From contig CP181291.1 in assembly GCA_052279835.1 (NCBI GenBank), positions 672,001 to 736,000 of the forward strand: a stretch of 64,000 nucleotides of DNA, read 5' to 3'. The translations under genes were made by a program, and so were the position numbers. This stretch comes from Microcoleus sp. (lineage in GTDB: Bacteria; Cyanobacteriota; Cyanobacteriia; Cyanobacteriales; Microcoleaceae). A model generated the notes under the pieces. It ran no database searches. It had not been told where the DNA came from and was given only the letters and a program-made list of their open reading frames with translations. Positions 1 through 10,677 of this stretch are shown here, piece after piece (positions within the stretch are counted from its first letter, which is position 1; every line of letters starts with the position of its first letter).

Positions 1-134
1 GTTTTAACTTGACAAATTTTGAACAAGTACAATGCTTGGATTTTTTGAAATCCACTTGCCGTTTTTTGTTCGGTTAATAAGCTTTTCAATTGTTCAATTG
101 TCTCTGTGATGCTAAGTCTACATACTCCGGCCAT
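1..134 (-). CDS. N-terminal part of IS630-family transposase-like helix-turn-helix protein (runs off window edge)
   Basis: Not in ORF track. Manual translation from the ATG at 134 gives MAGVCRLSITETIEQLKSLLTEQKTASGFQKIQALYLFKICQVK, resembling cyanobacterial IS630-type HTH proteins. GAGG lies upstream. Confidence 0.6.
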   Translation of the reverse strand, partial: MAGVCRLSITETIEQLKSLLTEQKTASGFQKIQALYLFKICQVK

Positions 135-1223
135 ACTAATTACCTCATGGGGATTCGCGATCTGTAATAGCTTTGCTTGACAAGGGAACAGCGTCTGTTC
201 CGAGGCTACTGATAACCTTGGACTTGCAGCTTAGCAATATACAACCGATTTACTTCAACTATTTGATGGGTAAATATCCCATCAATCTGACTAAGGTTTG
301 ATTTTTTTCTAGGAAATTAGCGATTTTTTTGGTTTATTAAAACACCCTCATTAAGTTTTTTGTACTATACACAATCCCTGTTTGTTGTTATTCTTTAGTT
401 ATTTTTGCTGATTTATCTGTGGCCGTTTGTCATTAGCTGCCAGCAAATAAATAAGATTTATCAGTACAGATGCTGTCGATCGCGCTTCTTGATTAACCTG
501 CAATGGCGATCGCACTATTGTAGAGAATTGACAAGACTCTGACAAGTGCATTCTGTTCTTCTCTCTTCGAGAAATGCTTAGATTTCAGCAGTCTCATGAT
601 TTGACTAAGGTAGCGCCTAGTCAAAGTGATACCGACAAACTGCGATCGGCAAATATCGATGAAACTACTTGGTCGATCGTTACTTGAGTAAAACACGTAG
701 AAGGTCGGGTTGTCAATTTGTTAGAGGTACAATACTACTATGTACTATTTCCCGCAACATCTTGTGATCGAAAAAGCTGTCTTTATGTGATATTACCCAT
801 AGTTATTGGTGATCGTTGTCACATTCAAAATCAGTAAAATCAACAACCCAGAAAAAAATCCCACTAATCGGTGGATTTTTCGCTCCATAAACACACTATT
901 TTCATCATCACGAAGGCTGCAAAGTAATCGGAGTTAAGGTTTTTTTAGAGAGAGTGTAACTGTTATAGTCTGCTATAATCGTGACTAAAAAATAGAGTTT
1001 ATTATAATTAAATATAAAAAGATATCCCTGAATAAGTAAATTTTATGTGATGATTTTTGTGGGATTATAGTGCAGCCAGCTTAATCAGAATATAGATTTT
1101 TGAAAAGCTGTAAATAAGCTCTAATAATTATTATTTTAGGAAAGACCCTAGTAACTATAGATTTCCACTTGCCTCAATACAAGTTATTTTAGATTTAATA
1201 TTTCGGATTTTGGACGGTTAACA

Positions 1224-2000
1224 ATGAAACTCAGCAGAATAGTCATTGCTGCAACAGTGCTAAGCGCTCTAGCCCCTCTAGCCCCTGCATCGGCCGAAAA
1301 CATACAACACACCCAACAACTACTAGCCACCCGACAGTGCCCCAACTGCGACCTCAACGGTGCAGGCTTAGTCTTAGCCAACTTAGCAGGAGCCAATCTC
1401 CAAGGTGCAGACCTCAGAGGAGCCAACCTCAGCAGAGCCAACCTGGCTGGGGCCGACCTCAGCGGAGCCAACCTCAGCGGCACCAGTCTGTTTGGCGTTA
1501 ACCTAACTGGCGCCAACCTCAGCGGAGCCAACCTCAACGGTGCCGACTTGAGAAGCGCCTACCTCAGCAACGCCAATTTGCTCAACACTAATTTAACCAG
1601 CACCCAACTGCTAGGAGTTCGAGGAATGCCAACTAATATTGGTACTGCGGAAGACTTCTACAAACTCGGAGTAATCGAGGCCCAAGCTGGAAACTACAGA
1701 AACGCCGTAGATTATTACAACCAAGCCCTCAATCTCAAACCCGACTTAGCCTCCGTTTATTTTGCTCGCAGTATGTCTCGTGCCGATTTAGGAGACTTCG
1801 CCGGTGCCTCTCAAGACGCAGCCATAGCTAACAAACTTTTTGCCACGCAAGGGAATTCCCAAGGTCAGGAATTGTCCAAGCAGTTAGCCGAAGCAATTGT
1901 AGCCCGCCAAAAGCCAACAGAACCCCGCACAGCCGGCGGTGGCGACTTTATGAGTCTACTGGGTTCCGTCAGTTCTTTCCTACTACAAGTGCTGTTTTAA
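1224..2000 (+). CDS. Exported pentapeptide-repeat protein with C-terminal TPR repeats
   Basis: Signal peptide (…APASA|EN), CxxCDL cap, many A(D/N)LxG pentapeptides, then TPR-like helices. Confidence 0.9.
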   Translation: MKLSRIVIAATVLSALAPLAPASAENIQHTQQLLATRQCPNCDLNGAGLVLANLAGANLQGADLRGANLSRANLAGADLSGANLSGTSLFGVNLTGANLSGANLNGADLRSAYLSNANLLNTNLTSTQLLGVRGMPTNIGTAEDFYKLGVIEAQAGNYRNAVDYYNQALNLKPDLASVYFARSMSRADLGDFAGASQDAAIANKLFATQGNSQGQELSKQLAEAIVARQKPTEPRTAGGGDFMSLLGSVSSFLLQVLF

Positions 2001-2079
2001 TTGATATCAAATCCGTTAGTATCGGAATCGTGACTTCGAGTTAAAAGTTAACAGTTAACAGTTAACTGTTAACCTTTAA

Positions 2080-5000
2080 CTAATGGATAGGAATTTCAAT
2101 CCAGAATTCTGTACCTTGACCTGGAATAGAGATGCACTTGAGTACCCCTTTATGCTTCTCAACTACAATTTGGTAACTGATAGAAAGTCCTAAACCTGTG
2201 CCTCTACCAACTGGTTTAGTAGTAAAAAACGGATTAAAGATGTGAGAAATTAACTCTTTCGGGATACCGTGACCGTTGTCGGCAATGCAAATACCTATGG
2301 TTTTTTCATCTATTAATTGAGTGCGAATCCGTATACAAGGATTGGGAACATCGGGAATTAAAATCTGATTGGTTACATTGAAATCTTCCAAATCAACCGA
2401 TAATTTTTGGGAGCTGAAGTTGATAGCGGCTGCACTGGGTTCTAATCCGGGTAAACTCCTAATTCGTTCTATTTTTCGGCTTTCTATCGCGTCAACCGCA
2501 TTGCCGAGGAGATTCATAAACACTTGATTCAGCGAGCTAACATAGCAATCCACTGGTGGCAAATTATCGTACTCTTTAATGACTTCTATGGCTGCTCGAT
2601 CGGAGGTGGCTTTGATGCGGTGCTGCAAAATCAACAACGTACTCTCGATGCCCTCGTGAATGTCAACGCAATCTTTCTCGGCGCGATCGAGTCGAGAAAA
2701 ATTCCGTAAAGATACAACTAATTGACGGATGCGTTCCACTCCCACTTTCATAGAGTCCAAAATTTTCGGCAAATCTTCGGTAAGAAAATCTACTTCGATC
2801 GCTTCTTCGCACTCTGTAATTTCTGGGTTAGGATTGGGAGTGTGCTGGCGATAAAGTTCCACCAAGCAGAGCAAATCTTTGCTGTATTCGTTGGCGTGGG
2901 AGAGATTACCGTAGATAAAGTTAACGGGGTTATTGATTTCGTGGGCGACGCCAGCCACCAGTTGTCCGAGGCTGGACATTTTCTCAGTTTGAATTAATTG
3001 AGCTTGGGTATTTTGGAGTTGGGCGAGAGCATGAGCTAGCTGTTCGGCTTTTGCTTGATCGGCGGAGGCTGCATTCAGACTTTCTTGATAAAGTTCTGCT
3101 TGGTGAAGGGCGATCGCAGCTTGATCTGCCAAATGTTGCAGCAATTCCTGTTCTGCTGTTTGCCAAACTCTGGGCGCGGAACACTCATGGACAATTAGCA
3201 ATCCCCAAAATTGGGTATCTTTGCCGATCGGCACTATTAAATTTGCCCTCACCTGTAAACTTGCCAAAAAATCGCGGTGACAGGGAGTTAAATCAGAATT
3301 ATAAATGTCATTAATCACCCGCACCTTTCCATTCCTGTAAAAACAGGATGAACCTTCGGGAAAGCATTCTTCTGGAGATTTCACACCCAAAATTGACTGC
3401 CACTCACCGCGAACATCTTCAACAACTACCTCCCCCTGTTTGTCGTCGGTAAATTGGTAAATTACTGTGCGATCGGTATCGAGCAAAACTCTTACTTCTC
3501 GGACAATTGTTTGCAGTATAGTTTTTAAGTCCAAGGTGCTGCGGATTTGGTCTCTGACTCGCGTCAATACTTTGGCAAAGTCCAAGGATTTTTGCAATTG
3601 AGCGGTACGTTCTTGAACTTGACGCTCCAAGTTGGCATTCATCGCCTGCACTTCTTGATGCAAAATATAATGCTTAACTGCTGAACGAAATTGGTTGGCA
3701 ATCGCTAAAAATTGTTCAATTTCGTGCGGTTTCCACTGAGGGGACTGACCTTTTTTTATTTCTCGCCACAGTTCAAACGATTGTCGGGGCAGCACTTGTT
3801 TAGCGCTGGTGTCAAAGCGTCCCGCCCACATTTTTTCGGTTTCAATTTCCTTACGAAAAATTGTCAAACACCCAATTAATTGCTGTTGGTAGTGGAGGGG
3901 AATTACCAGCAAACCACGAATTTGAGTAGTTTGGAAAGCTGGAGATAAAACTCTAAAGAGAGGTTCTTTATATAAGTCTGTAATTATCCAAATTGGGAAT
4001 TGGGAGTCAGTACCCACCATAGTTGAAATATTGGCCATTGCCAATGGGGAAATCTGGGGAGTCTGTTGATGATTGTTCAATCCTGTGGTTAGCCATTTTT
4101 GCCACAGAGGATGGGTTTCGATCGCACTTGTGGCATTTTCCCACTCTGGAAGTATGGGTTGTTCTCCTACGGTGAACACTTCAAAGGCAGAATCGGCGGC
4201 ATCAGTAGTAGAAGCAACTGTCGAAACTTGATGATTGGTGGAAAATGGAAATTCCCCATCGATTTTGGGAGTTGATAACTTTTCTGGGAGGATTTTCGGG
4301 GCGCTGATGTAGAGTCTGCCACCACAGCCGTCCATGGCGGTGACAGTAGCTTCTAAAGCCTGCTGCAATTGAATGTTAGCTTGACCGTACAATAGGGTGG
4401 CGATGCGGCTGACTGTGGCTTCCAGGGCTGTTTGAGAGCGGGTTTGCTGAAGCAGGATGGCATGAGCGATCGCGATCGACAATTGATCTACTACTAACTG
4501 AACTACTTCCAAATCAGTTTGGTAAATATTGCGCGAGGCGGAGTGGTGAGATACCAAAAGTCCCCACAATTCGATGTGAGTTTGGCTACTTTTGTCTGGA
4601 TCGTATCTCGTCAAGCACTCCGGCGAATCGCAGATGTCTGTTTTGCTGTTTAGTGGCGCGGTGCGGCGGTGCAAAATTGGCACGACGAGGGAAGATAGGA
4701 CTCCCATTGCCATCAGATAAGCTCTGTGACAAGGATCGAGCGATCGATAGTAGATATCCTCAGTGGCCAAAGGTTCACCTGTTTGGGGCGCATCCAGGGG
4801 ACTTAAGGCCATCGTGGCTGACTTGACATCTACTATTGTCCGCTGGCGTTGACGGACATACATCTGGCGGGCTTGGGGGGGAATGTCGTCGGCTGGAAAG
4901 TTTAATCCTTTTAGAGAAGGGAGATGGTTGCGATCGATTGATTCGGCAACAACTTCTCCGCTACCATCTGGACTAAACCGATAAATCATAATCCGATCTG

Positions 5001-5148
5001 TTTTCAGAAAAGACCGCACTTCTTCTACAGTACAACTTAAAATATCTTCTAATTCTAAAGATTGGCGGATACGTTCAGTTATGCGACGTACCAAGAGTTC
5101 TCTGTCTAGTTGATGATTGATTTTTTCTGGTTCTTCTGTCAATTTCAT
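2080..5148 (-). CDS. Knotless (PAS-less) phytochrome GAF-PHY plus cyanobacteriochrome GAF plus histidine kinase
   Basis: GAF1 has FPADDIP and PCH; PHY tongue has WAG…PRQSF…WRE; second bilin GAF has PCH; kinase has AHEINNP H-box, NAVDA, DNGHG, FFTTK and GTGLGL. Confidence 0.9.
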   Translation of the reverse strand: MKLTEEPEKINHQLDRELLVRRITERIRQSLELEDILSCTVEEVRSFLKTDRIMIYRFSPDGSGEVVAESIDRNHLPSLKGLNFPADDIPPQARQMYVRQRQRTIVDVKSATMALSPLDAPQTGEPLATEDIYYRSLDPCHRAYLMAMGVLSSLVVPILHRRTAPLNSKTDICDSPECLTRYDPDKSSQTHIELWGLLVSHHSASRNIYQTDLEVVQLVVDQLSIAIAHAILLQQTRSQTALEATVSRIATLLYGQANIQLQQALEATVTAMDGCGGRLYISAPKILPEKLSTPKIDGEFPFSTNHQVSTVASTTDAADSAFEVFTVGEQPILPEWENATSAIETHPLWQKWLTTGLNNHQQTPQISPLAMANISTMVGTDSQFPIWIITDLYKEPLFRVLSPAFQTTQIRGLLVIPLHYQQQLIGCLTIFRKEIETEKMWAGRFDTSAKQVLPRQSFELWREIKKGQSPQWKPHEIEQFLAIANQFRSAVKHYILHQEVQAMNANLERQVQERTAQLQKSLDFAKVLTRVRDQIRSTLDLKTILQTIVREVRVLLDTDRTVIYQFTDDKQGEVVVEDVRGEWQSILGVKSPEECFPEGSSCFYRNGKVRVINDIYNSDLTPCHRDFLASLQVRANLIVPIGKDTQFWGLLIVHECSAPRVWQTAEQELLQHLADQAAIALHQAELYQESLNAASADQAKAEQLAHALAQLQNTQAQLIQTEKMSSLGQLVAGVAHEINNPVNFIYGNLSHANEYSKDLLCLVELYRQHTPNPNPEITECEEAIEVDFLTEDLPKILDSMKVGVERIRQLVVSLRNFSRLDRAEKDCVDIHEGIESTLLILQHRIKATSDRAAIEVIKEYDNLPPVDCYVSSLNQVFMNLLGNAVDAIESRKIERIRSLPGLEPSAAAINFSSQKLSVDLEDFNVTNQILIPDVPNPCIRIRTQLIDEKTIGICIADNGHGIPKELISHIFNPFFTTKPVGRGTGLGLSISYQIVVEKHKGVLKCISIPGQGTEFWIEIPIH

Positions 5149-5424
5149 AAATCTCCTTTTTCGGCAATGTAGTGTAATATTTATCAGAAATTTTTACTGT
5201 AGATGGGGATACCCCGATATCAAAAATCGGATTCAAATTTACTATTTTGTAGATTTTGCAAGCGATCGCAGCTCGAACTAAACGATCCCTCGGACTCCTG
5301 ATTATTATTTTAATGATCCGATCGATTTCTCGCAATCTTAAAATCATGTTACATTAATTATTAAAACTTATAATATCTTATTATTGTAATATATAACTTT
5401 ATGTATCGATAATTCACTTAAAAA

Positions 5425-5892
5425 TTAGAGTTTTTCGCAGTTAGCAAGGCTTTGAGAGATATCGTGGCGCACGCTCATCAAAATTTTACCCAAATGATTT
5501 TGCCCAGTTTGGTCGCAACCGCAACCCCAATAGTAATCTGTTGGTGAATTTTCGACAATCAGGCGATCGCCCGTTTTGAGGAGAATCTGTTGAATATCTG
5601 TATGGGTGAGAAACTTAGTTTTAACCGCTTCGCACATAACTGAAATTTTTACCGCTTCCCAATCAGCACGAAGGCGATGGTTGGGATCGCGACCCAAGTT
5701 AGCAGCTTCTTGAGGAGTAGGTACGGCTCGAATCGCAGTCACCAGCCTTTCATCAGCACTGGTGACAAATTTTTGAGCTTGATAGTAGTGTTCCACAGTC
5801 AACCATTTTTGACCATTGATGCAAATGTCATGGAGTGAAAAGTTAGAAAAGCAGCCGTAAGGCTCATCTACTTTATAAAAATAAATTGTCAT
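5425..5892 (-). CDS. NADAR (YbiA-like) family protein
   Basis: FSNF, TVEHYYQAQKF, ENSPTDYYWG and GQNHLGKILM motifs. Confidence 0.9.
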   Translation of the reverse strand: MTIYFYKVDEPYGCFSNFSLHDICINGQKWLTVEHYYQAQKFVTSADERLVTAIRAVPTPQEAANLGRDPNHRLRADWEAVKISVMCEAVKTKFLTHTDIQQILLKTGDRLIVENSPTDYYWGCGCDQTGQNHLGKILMSVRHDISQSLANCEKL

Positions 5893-6014
5893 TCGATTTT
5901 AGATTTTAGATTTTAAATGAAAAATCAAGAGTGAGAACTTCAGAATATTTCCCTCTTCCCTCTTCCCTCTTCCCTCTTCCTTCTTCCTTCTTCCTTCTTC
6001 CTTCTTCCTTCTAA

Positions 6015-7118
6015 TTAAAATGGCATCAGCTTTTTAATAGCGCGGTGAGCGATATCGGCATAACACACTTCGCCGCACAAAATTTGGCTCATTACCTGAC
6101 TAGCTCTAGGGGATTTGACCCCAGCTCTGTAAGCAGCACCAGTAAACTGATAGAATGCCGCAGCCAAGCGACTAGCCCAGAGCATATCGCTTCCCCATTC
6201 TTCGCTAATAATTTGAGTATACTTTTCCAGAGCGTCACCCACACCTCCAAGAGCTCGATCGATCGCCTCAGCCGCCTTAAATCCGCTAAAAATAGCAGGT
6301 CGAATCCCCTCGCCGGACAGGGGATCGGTGAGACTAGCTGCTTCTCCTACTAACAGTGCATTTTGGGAGTGTAATTGGCGATCGCCATCCCACAGACTCA
6401 TCGGATATTCGTGGATGTCGCTGACAATCACATCCGCGCCACAGTTAGTTGCGTAATCAGCCAACATATTTTTGATATTTTTTGGTCGATCGCCCCGCAT
6501 AGCAGCAATACTCAAAGAGTAGCCATCCGCCTTGGGCAAACTCCAGATAAAACCTTTTTTAATAGTGCCAAAATCAAAATTGAGAACATCACCTGTGATT
6601 GCAGAAGTTTCCACACTTGCACTCGCATAGAGTTTTGGTTCTTTCAAACCCAACCACTTAGCCATCGGACCACCAGCACCGTCAGCACCAATTAAATAGC
6701 GAGCATAAACCGGTTCAGTGGTAGTTTTAACTAACCAAAAAGAGTTGGTAAACTCAATTCCGATGACTTCAGTGGCATCTCTAACTTCCGCACCAGTCTT
6801 TTGAGCTTGTTTGAGTAAAAATTCATCAAATACATCCCGCTGCACCATCCACATGGGCGACTCTAGATCCACTTCCACCGCGTCTGCCATTTTCCAGGTG
6901 TAGCTAATTTTAGTAGCTTTCATAGAAATAGCTGGTGTCAGGTCAAAATCTAGCCATTGGGCGATCGCCGGAGAAACACCTCCGCCACAGGGTTTATGGC
7001 GGGGTAAAGACATCTTTTCTAGTACCAAAACAGAACGACCCTGCTGGGACAAGTGATAAGCTGCTGTGCTACCTGCTGGTCCCGAACCGACAATAATACA
7101 ATCAAAGATTTTAGTCAT
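6015..7118 (-). CDS. Geranylgeranyl reductase-family FAD oxidoreductase
   Basis: GSGPAG Rossmann motif, KPCGGG, GADG, GEAA…DPLSGEGIRPA. Start set at the ATG at 7118. Confidence 0.85.
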   Translation of the reverse strand: MTKIFDCIIVGSGPAGSTAAYHLSQQGRSVLVLEKMSLPRHKPCGGGVSPAIAQWLDFDLTPAISMKATKISYTWKMADAVEVDLESPMWMVQRDVFDEFLLKQAQKTGAEVRDATEVIGIEFTNSFWLVKTTTEPVYARYLIGADGAGGPMAKWLGLKEPKLYASASVETSAITGDVLNFDFGTIKKGFIWSLPKADGYSLSIAAMRGDRPKNIKNMLADYATNCGADVIVSDIHEYPMSLWDGDRQLHSQNALLVGEAASLTDPLSGEGIRPAIFSGFKAAEAIDRALGGVGDALEKYTQIISEEWGSDMLWASRLAAAFYQFTGAAYRAGVKSPRASQVMSQILCGEVCYADIAHRAIKKLMPF

Positions 7119-7192
7119 TAGCAATTAGTCATTAGTCAAAAGTCATTAGTCAGTTGCTAATAGTTAGTTAACTGACCAATGACTTTTGACTG

Positions 7193-7741
7193 TTATACTT
7201 TCACGATATCTTTCTCTTTCGCAGCCAGAACTTCTTCGATTTTGGCAATGTACTTATCGGTCAGCTTTTGAACTTTATCTTGCAAGTCGCGCGATTCATC
7301 TTTAGAAATCTCGCTGCTTTTTTCTTGCTTGCGAACTGATTCTACGGCATCGCGGCGGACATTGCGAATGGCAACTTTGCCTTCTTCAGCAAATTTTCCT
7401 GCCATTTTGACAAATTCTTGGCGTCTCTCGCTAGTCAGCGGCGGAATGTTCAAACGAATTATGGAACCGTCATTATTGGGTACGAGTCCCACATCAGACA
7501 GCGAAATCGCTTTTTCAATTAAATTGAGTGCTTGGCGATCGAAAGGTTGGATGCTGATTGTAGAAGCATCCGGCGTACCGATATTAGCAAGAGATTTGAT
7601 CGGAGTTGGAGCACCGTAGTAATCTACCACTATCCGATCTAGGAGAGAGGCGTTGGCTCGTCCCGTCCTAATAGTATTAAAAGACCGTTGAGTAGCCTCA
7701 ACTGCCTTTTGCATATGATCTTCCACGTCAGCTAACTTCAC
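7193..7741 (-). CDS. frr: Ribosome recycling factor
   Basis: [25 protein letters not shown] start at 7741 preceded by GGAGG; overlaps the pyrH stop. Confidence 0.97.
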   Translation of the reverse strand: MKLADVEDHMQKAVEATQRSFNTIRTGRANASLLDRIVVDYYGAPTPIKSLANIGTPDASTISIQPFDRQALNLIEKAISLSDVGLVPNNDGSIIRLNIPPLTSERRQEFVKMAGKFAEEGKVAIRNVRRDAVESVRKQEKSSEISKDESRDLQDKVQKLTDKYIAKIEEVLAAKEKDIVKV

Positions 7742-8456
7742 AAAAACCTCCCACAAGGGTTCCAATAGATTCTCCCATTACTGCTCGGTAGATGTTGCCC
7801 GATACCGTCAGGTCAAATACCATAATAGGAATATTATTCTCTTTACAAAGAGCGATCGCCGTACTATCCATCACCCGCAAGTCTTGGTTCAAGACGTGTC
7901 CGTAGGTGAGGGTTTGGTATCTGCGAGCGTTGGGGTTGATGTGGGGGTCAGAATCGTACACCCCATCTACCTTAGTAGCTTTAAAAATCACCTCTGCATC
8001 AATTTCAGCCGCCCGCAAAGCGGCTGTCGTATCAGTAGTAAAAAAAGGATTACCAGAACCGGCACCAAAAATAACTACCCGGTTTTTTTCCAAGTGACGA
8101 ATCGCGCGCCGTCGAATGTAGCTTTCAGCTACTTCTTGCATGGCGATCGCCGTTTGCACCCTGGTTGGCACTCCTGCTTGTTCTAGGGCATCCTGTAATG
8201 TGATGGCATTCATGACTGTAGCAATCATACCCACATAGTCTGCCGTTGCCCGATCCATACCCGCCGAAGCTGCCTTCACGCCGCGAAAAATATTGCCGCC
8301 ACCGACAACGATCGCTAGCTGAATACCTTCAGAAACGACTTTGGCTACTTCCTGAGCGATCGAACTAACAACTACCGGATCGATCCCGTAGCCCAAATCG
8401 CCCATCAGCGCTTCACCGCTGAGCTTCAGCAAAACTCGCTGATAAACCATCCCCAT
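7728..8456 (-). CDS. pyrH: UMP kinase
   Basis: [35 protein letters not shown]; adjacent to frr. Confidence 0.97.
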   Translation of the reverse strand: MGMVYQRVLLKLSGEALMGDLGYGIDPVVVSSIAQEVAKVVSEGIQLAIVVGGGNIFRGVKAASAGMDRATADYVGMIATVMNAITLQDALEQAGVPTRVQTAIAMQEVAESYIRRRAIRHLEKNRVVIFGAGSGNPFFTTDTTAALRAAEIDAEVIFKATKVDGVYDSDPHINPNARRYQTLTYGHVLNQDLRVMDSTAIALCKENNIPIMVFDLTVSGNIYRAVMGESIGTLVGGFCEVS

Positions 8457-8597
8457 GCCGCCACTATTTTTTATTCTGTTTGCTTCCACCATAAGATAGC
8501 AGTATGGGAGCATTTTGAACATAAATTAACTGGAACAGGATTTTTGACCCATTCCAGAAGAGCTTGCAATGTTGACGGTTGACGGTCAACTCTTGGT

Positions 8598-8996
8598 TCA
8601 ATCCTTGGGTACGAAATTAAGAGAAGCAGAATTCATGCAGTAGCGCTGACCTGTTGGTCTGGGGCCGTCATTGAATACATGACCCAGATGAGCGTCACAG
8701 ACAGCACACAACACCTCTGTGCGGCGCATAAACAAAGTATTATCGGATTCACACTTAACATTTTCTTCGCTAACTGGAGCGTAGAAACTCGGCCAACCAG
8801 TACCGGAATCGTACTTTGTTTCTGATTCAAATAGTGGGGTGCCACAGCAAATACAATTATAAGTTCCTGATTTTTTGTTGTCGTGATATTCGCCACTAAA
8901 TGCTCTTTCAGTTCCCTTTTTTCTAGTAACTTTGAACTGTTCTGGTGTGAGCTGCTCTTTCCACTCGGCTTCAGTTTTTTGAACTTTATTAGTCAT
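8598..8996 (-). CDS. msrB: Peptide-methionine (R)-S-oxide reductase
   Basis: [33 protein letters not shown], two CxxC motifs. Confidence 0.97.
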   Translation of the reverse strand: MTNKVQKTEAEWKEQLTPEQFKVTRKKGTERAFSGEYHDNKKSGTYNCICCGTPLFESETKYDSGTGWPSFYAPVSEENVKCESDNTLFMRRTEVLCAVCDAHLGHVFNDGPRPTGQRYCMNSASLNFVPKD

Positions 8997-9670
8997 GATT
9001 GGAGGTTGTTAACTGTTAGCTTTTGACTGTTAATGGTTGACTGTATATATATGAGGAATAAATTCGGCGATCGGGACATTCAAAATTGCTAAAATCATCG
9101 ATCTTAGTGAATTTTACCTCTGCCGTCTGCCGTCTTCCTTATAGTATAGTGAGTCAACTCATGTCTCCATTAATATTAACCTAATTTGCTCTAAATGAAC
9201 ATAGCGGGAAAAAGTAGTAGCTGAATAGCTCTGCTGTTTTGATTTTTTGATTTGGGTATTAATTGAGAACAGCTACTTGTTGAAGAAGTCGAGTAGATGG
9301 CGATTGTGCGATCGGCAAATAATCACCAGATTCTGCTATATAAGAATCAAGCGGATAAGACTGACCTCAAGGAAACACTTGGGATGGATTGAAGTAAGAT
9401 CGGGGCGATCGACACAGAGCCGATAGCCAGCGTAGGCCAAAGCCCGGTAAACTGTCCCTAAATCTTCCTAGAAAAAATTAGCCGGGACAGCAGACTCAGC
9501 AACATAGGCAGTAAAATTGGCATTTCTGTTGCTAGGATAATTGGTTGATAGTAGGTCGTGAACCGATCGACATAACCGGAGTCTTCCCGGTCGTTAAGAT
9601 AAAACACTTAACTGTCAAAGCTAAAAGTTATGCCGTTGAGCAATTTTACAAATTTTGAGGCAGACAATCT

Positions 9671-10141
9671 ATGATGTCCTCCGCTAAATTACTTAATTCG
9701 GGAATATTCAAAGGATTATCGCTGCTGTTGCCCCTCACTCTGGCAGGCGCGATGGCTTCTCCCACCTATCCCCAAGCAACCCCGCCCCGCACCCTCAGCG
9801 TGCGATCGGACATCCAAGAAGCAGACTCCAAAACCGGCATCGTGACAGCCCGTGGTAACGTCCAAATCAACTACCCAGCCCGCCAAATGCAGGCCACCGC
9901 AGCTCAAGCCCAATACTTCAGCCGCGAGCGCCGGATCATTCTCAGCGGAGACGTTTACGTCTTGCAGCAGGGGAACAGCCTGCGGGGCGAAACCGTGACA
10001 TATCTAATCGACGAAGGGCGGTTTATTGCCCTACCAGACAAACCAGGGCAGGTAGAATCCGTCTATCTGGTTGCCCCAGAGCAAGATGCAGCCGCTCAAA
10101 ATGCAGTCGGCTCCCCACGTCCCACCACAGCCCCGCGCTAA
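9671..10141 (+). CDS. lptA: LptA/OstA-like LPS transport periplasmic protein
   Basis: Signal peptide; VTARGNVQI and IILSGDVYVLQQGN beta-jellyroll strands; upstream of lptB. Confidence 0.8.
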   Translation: MMSSAKLLNSGIFKGLSLLLPLTLAGAMASPTYPQATPPRTLSVRSDIQEADSKTGIVTARGNVQINYPARQMQATAAQAQYFSRERRIILSGDVYVLQQGNSLRGETVTYLIDEGRFIALPDKPGQVESVYLVAPEQDAAAQNAVGSPRPTTAPR

Positions 10142-10276
10142 AAACTGCTGGCAGCACAATTTTGCGGGGGTCCTACCCACCCCACTATTAAATTGACTGT
10201 TTGTGGAACAGGCCAGGCCGTCGGGCCTGTTCAGCAGAATCATATAAAATCTCAGATCAACTTGAAATTCGATCGC

Positions 10277-10412
10277 CTAATGCGACGCTAGTTTTGCGCT
10301 CTGTTGTTTGCAGTTAAAAAGTTTTATGGTCAATCTCGACAGTGCTGCAAGCGTAAAAAGCCCTTATAACATTGGGAAAGCGAACTTTACGAGAAATCGA
10401 AGGGACACAACA
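10277..10412 (+). ncRNA. Partial omegaRNA (HEARO-like) of an IscB element
   Basis: Blocks atgcgacgctagttttgcgctctgt…gttaaa…acagtgct…aagcc…ataacattgggaaagcgaactttac lie directly upstream of an IscB ATG, the usual omegaRNA position. The 5' part appears to be missing. Confidence 0.7.
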
Positions 10413-10640
10413 ATGTCTATCGAACCAAATTACGTTTTAGTTTTAGATGCCAACCGCAAACCACTAACACCATGCAAACCGTCTTTGGCACGCAAATTAT
10501 TAAAGGTTGGCAAATGTAAAGTTTTCCAACTTTACCCTTTCACGATAATTTTAAAAAAAGAGGTGGTTGAAGACCCACAGCCTGTAACTTTAAAGATTGA
10601 CCCTGATTGAAAAGTTACTGGACTTGCTATACTTCTAGGC
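10413..10640 (+). pseudogene. iscB: Truncated IscB (RRXRR/PLMP domain plus start of RuvC-I)
   Basis: YVLVLDANRKPLTPCKPSLARKLLKVGKCKVFQLYPFTIILK then LKIDPD*KVTGLAIL (consensus LKIDPGSKxTGIA); in-frame TGA, remainder absent. Confidence 0.85.
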
Positions 10641-10677
10641 TTCGATCTAATCTAGGTAGCTGAATTAACTCATCGCG

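Noticed and set aside
493..696. 67-aa ORF
   Set aside because: No motif or RBS support; likely chance.
1184..1537. Repetitive RLAP ORF
   Set aside because: Antisense translation of pentapeptide repeats.
5425..5892. NADAR as antitoxin of a DarT-type toxin-antitoxin or defence system
   Set aside because: No ADP-ribosyltransferase gene is adjacent; a housekeeping YbiA-like role is simpler.
9000..9670. Long msrB-lptA spacer as an ncRNA locus
   Set aside because: No recognisable tRNA, tmRNA, RNase P, 6S or riboswitch motifs; an Rfam search would be needed.
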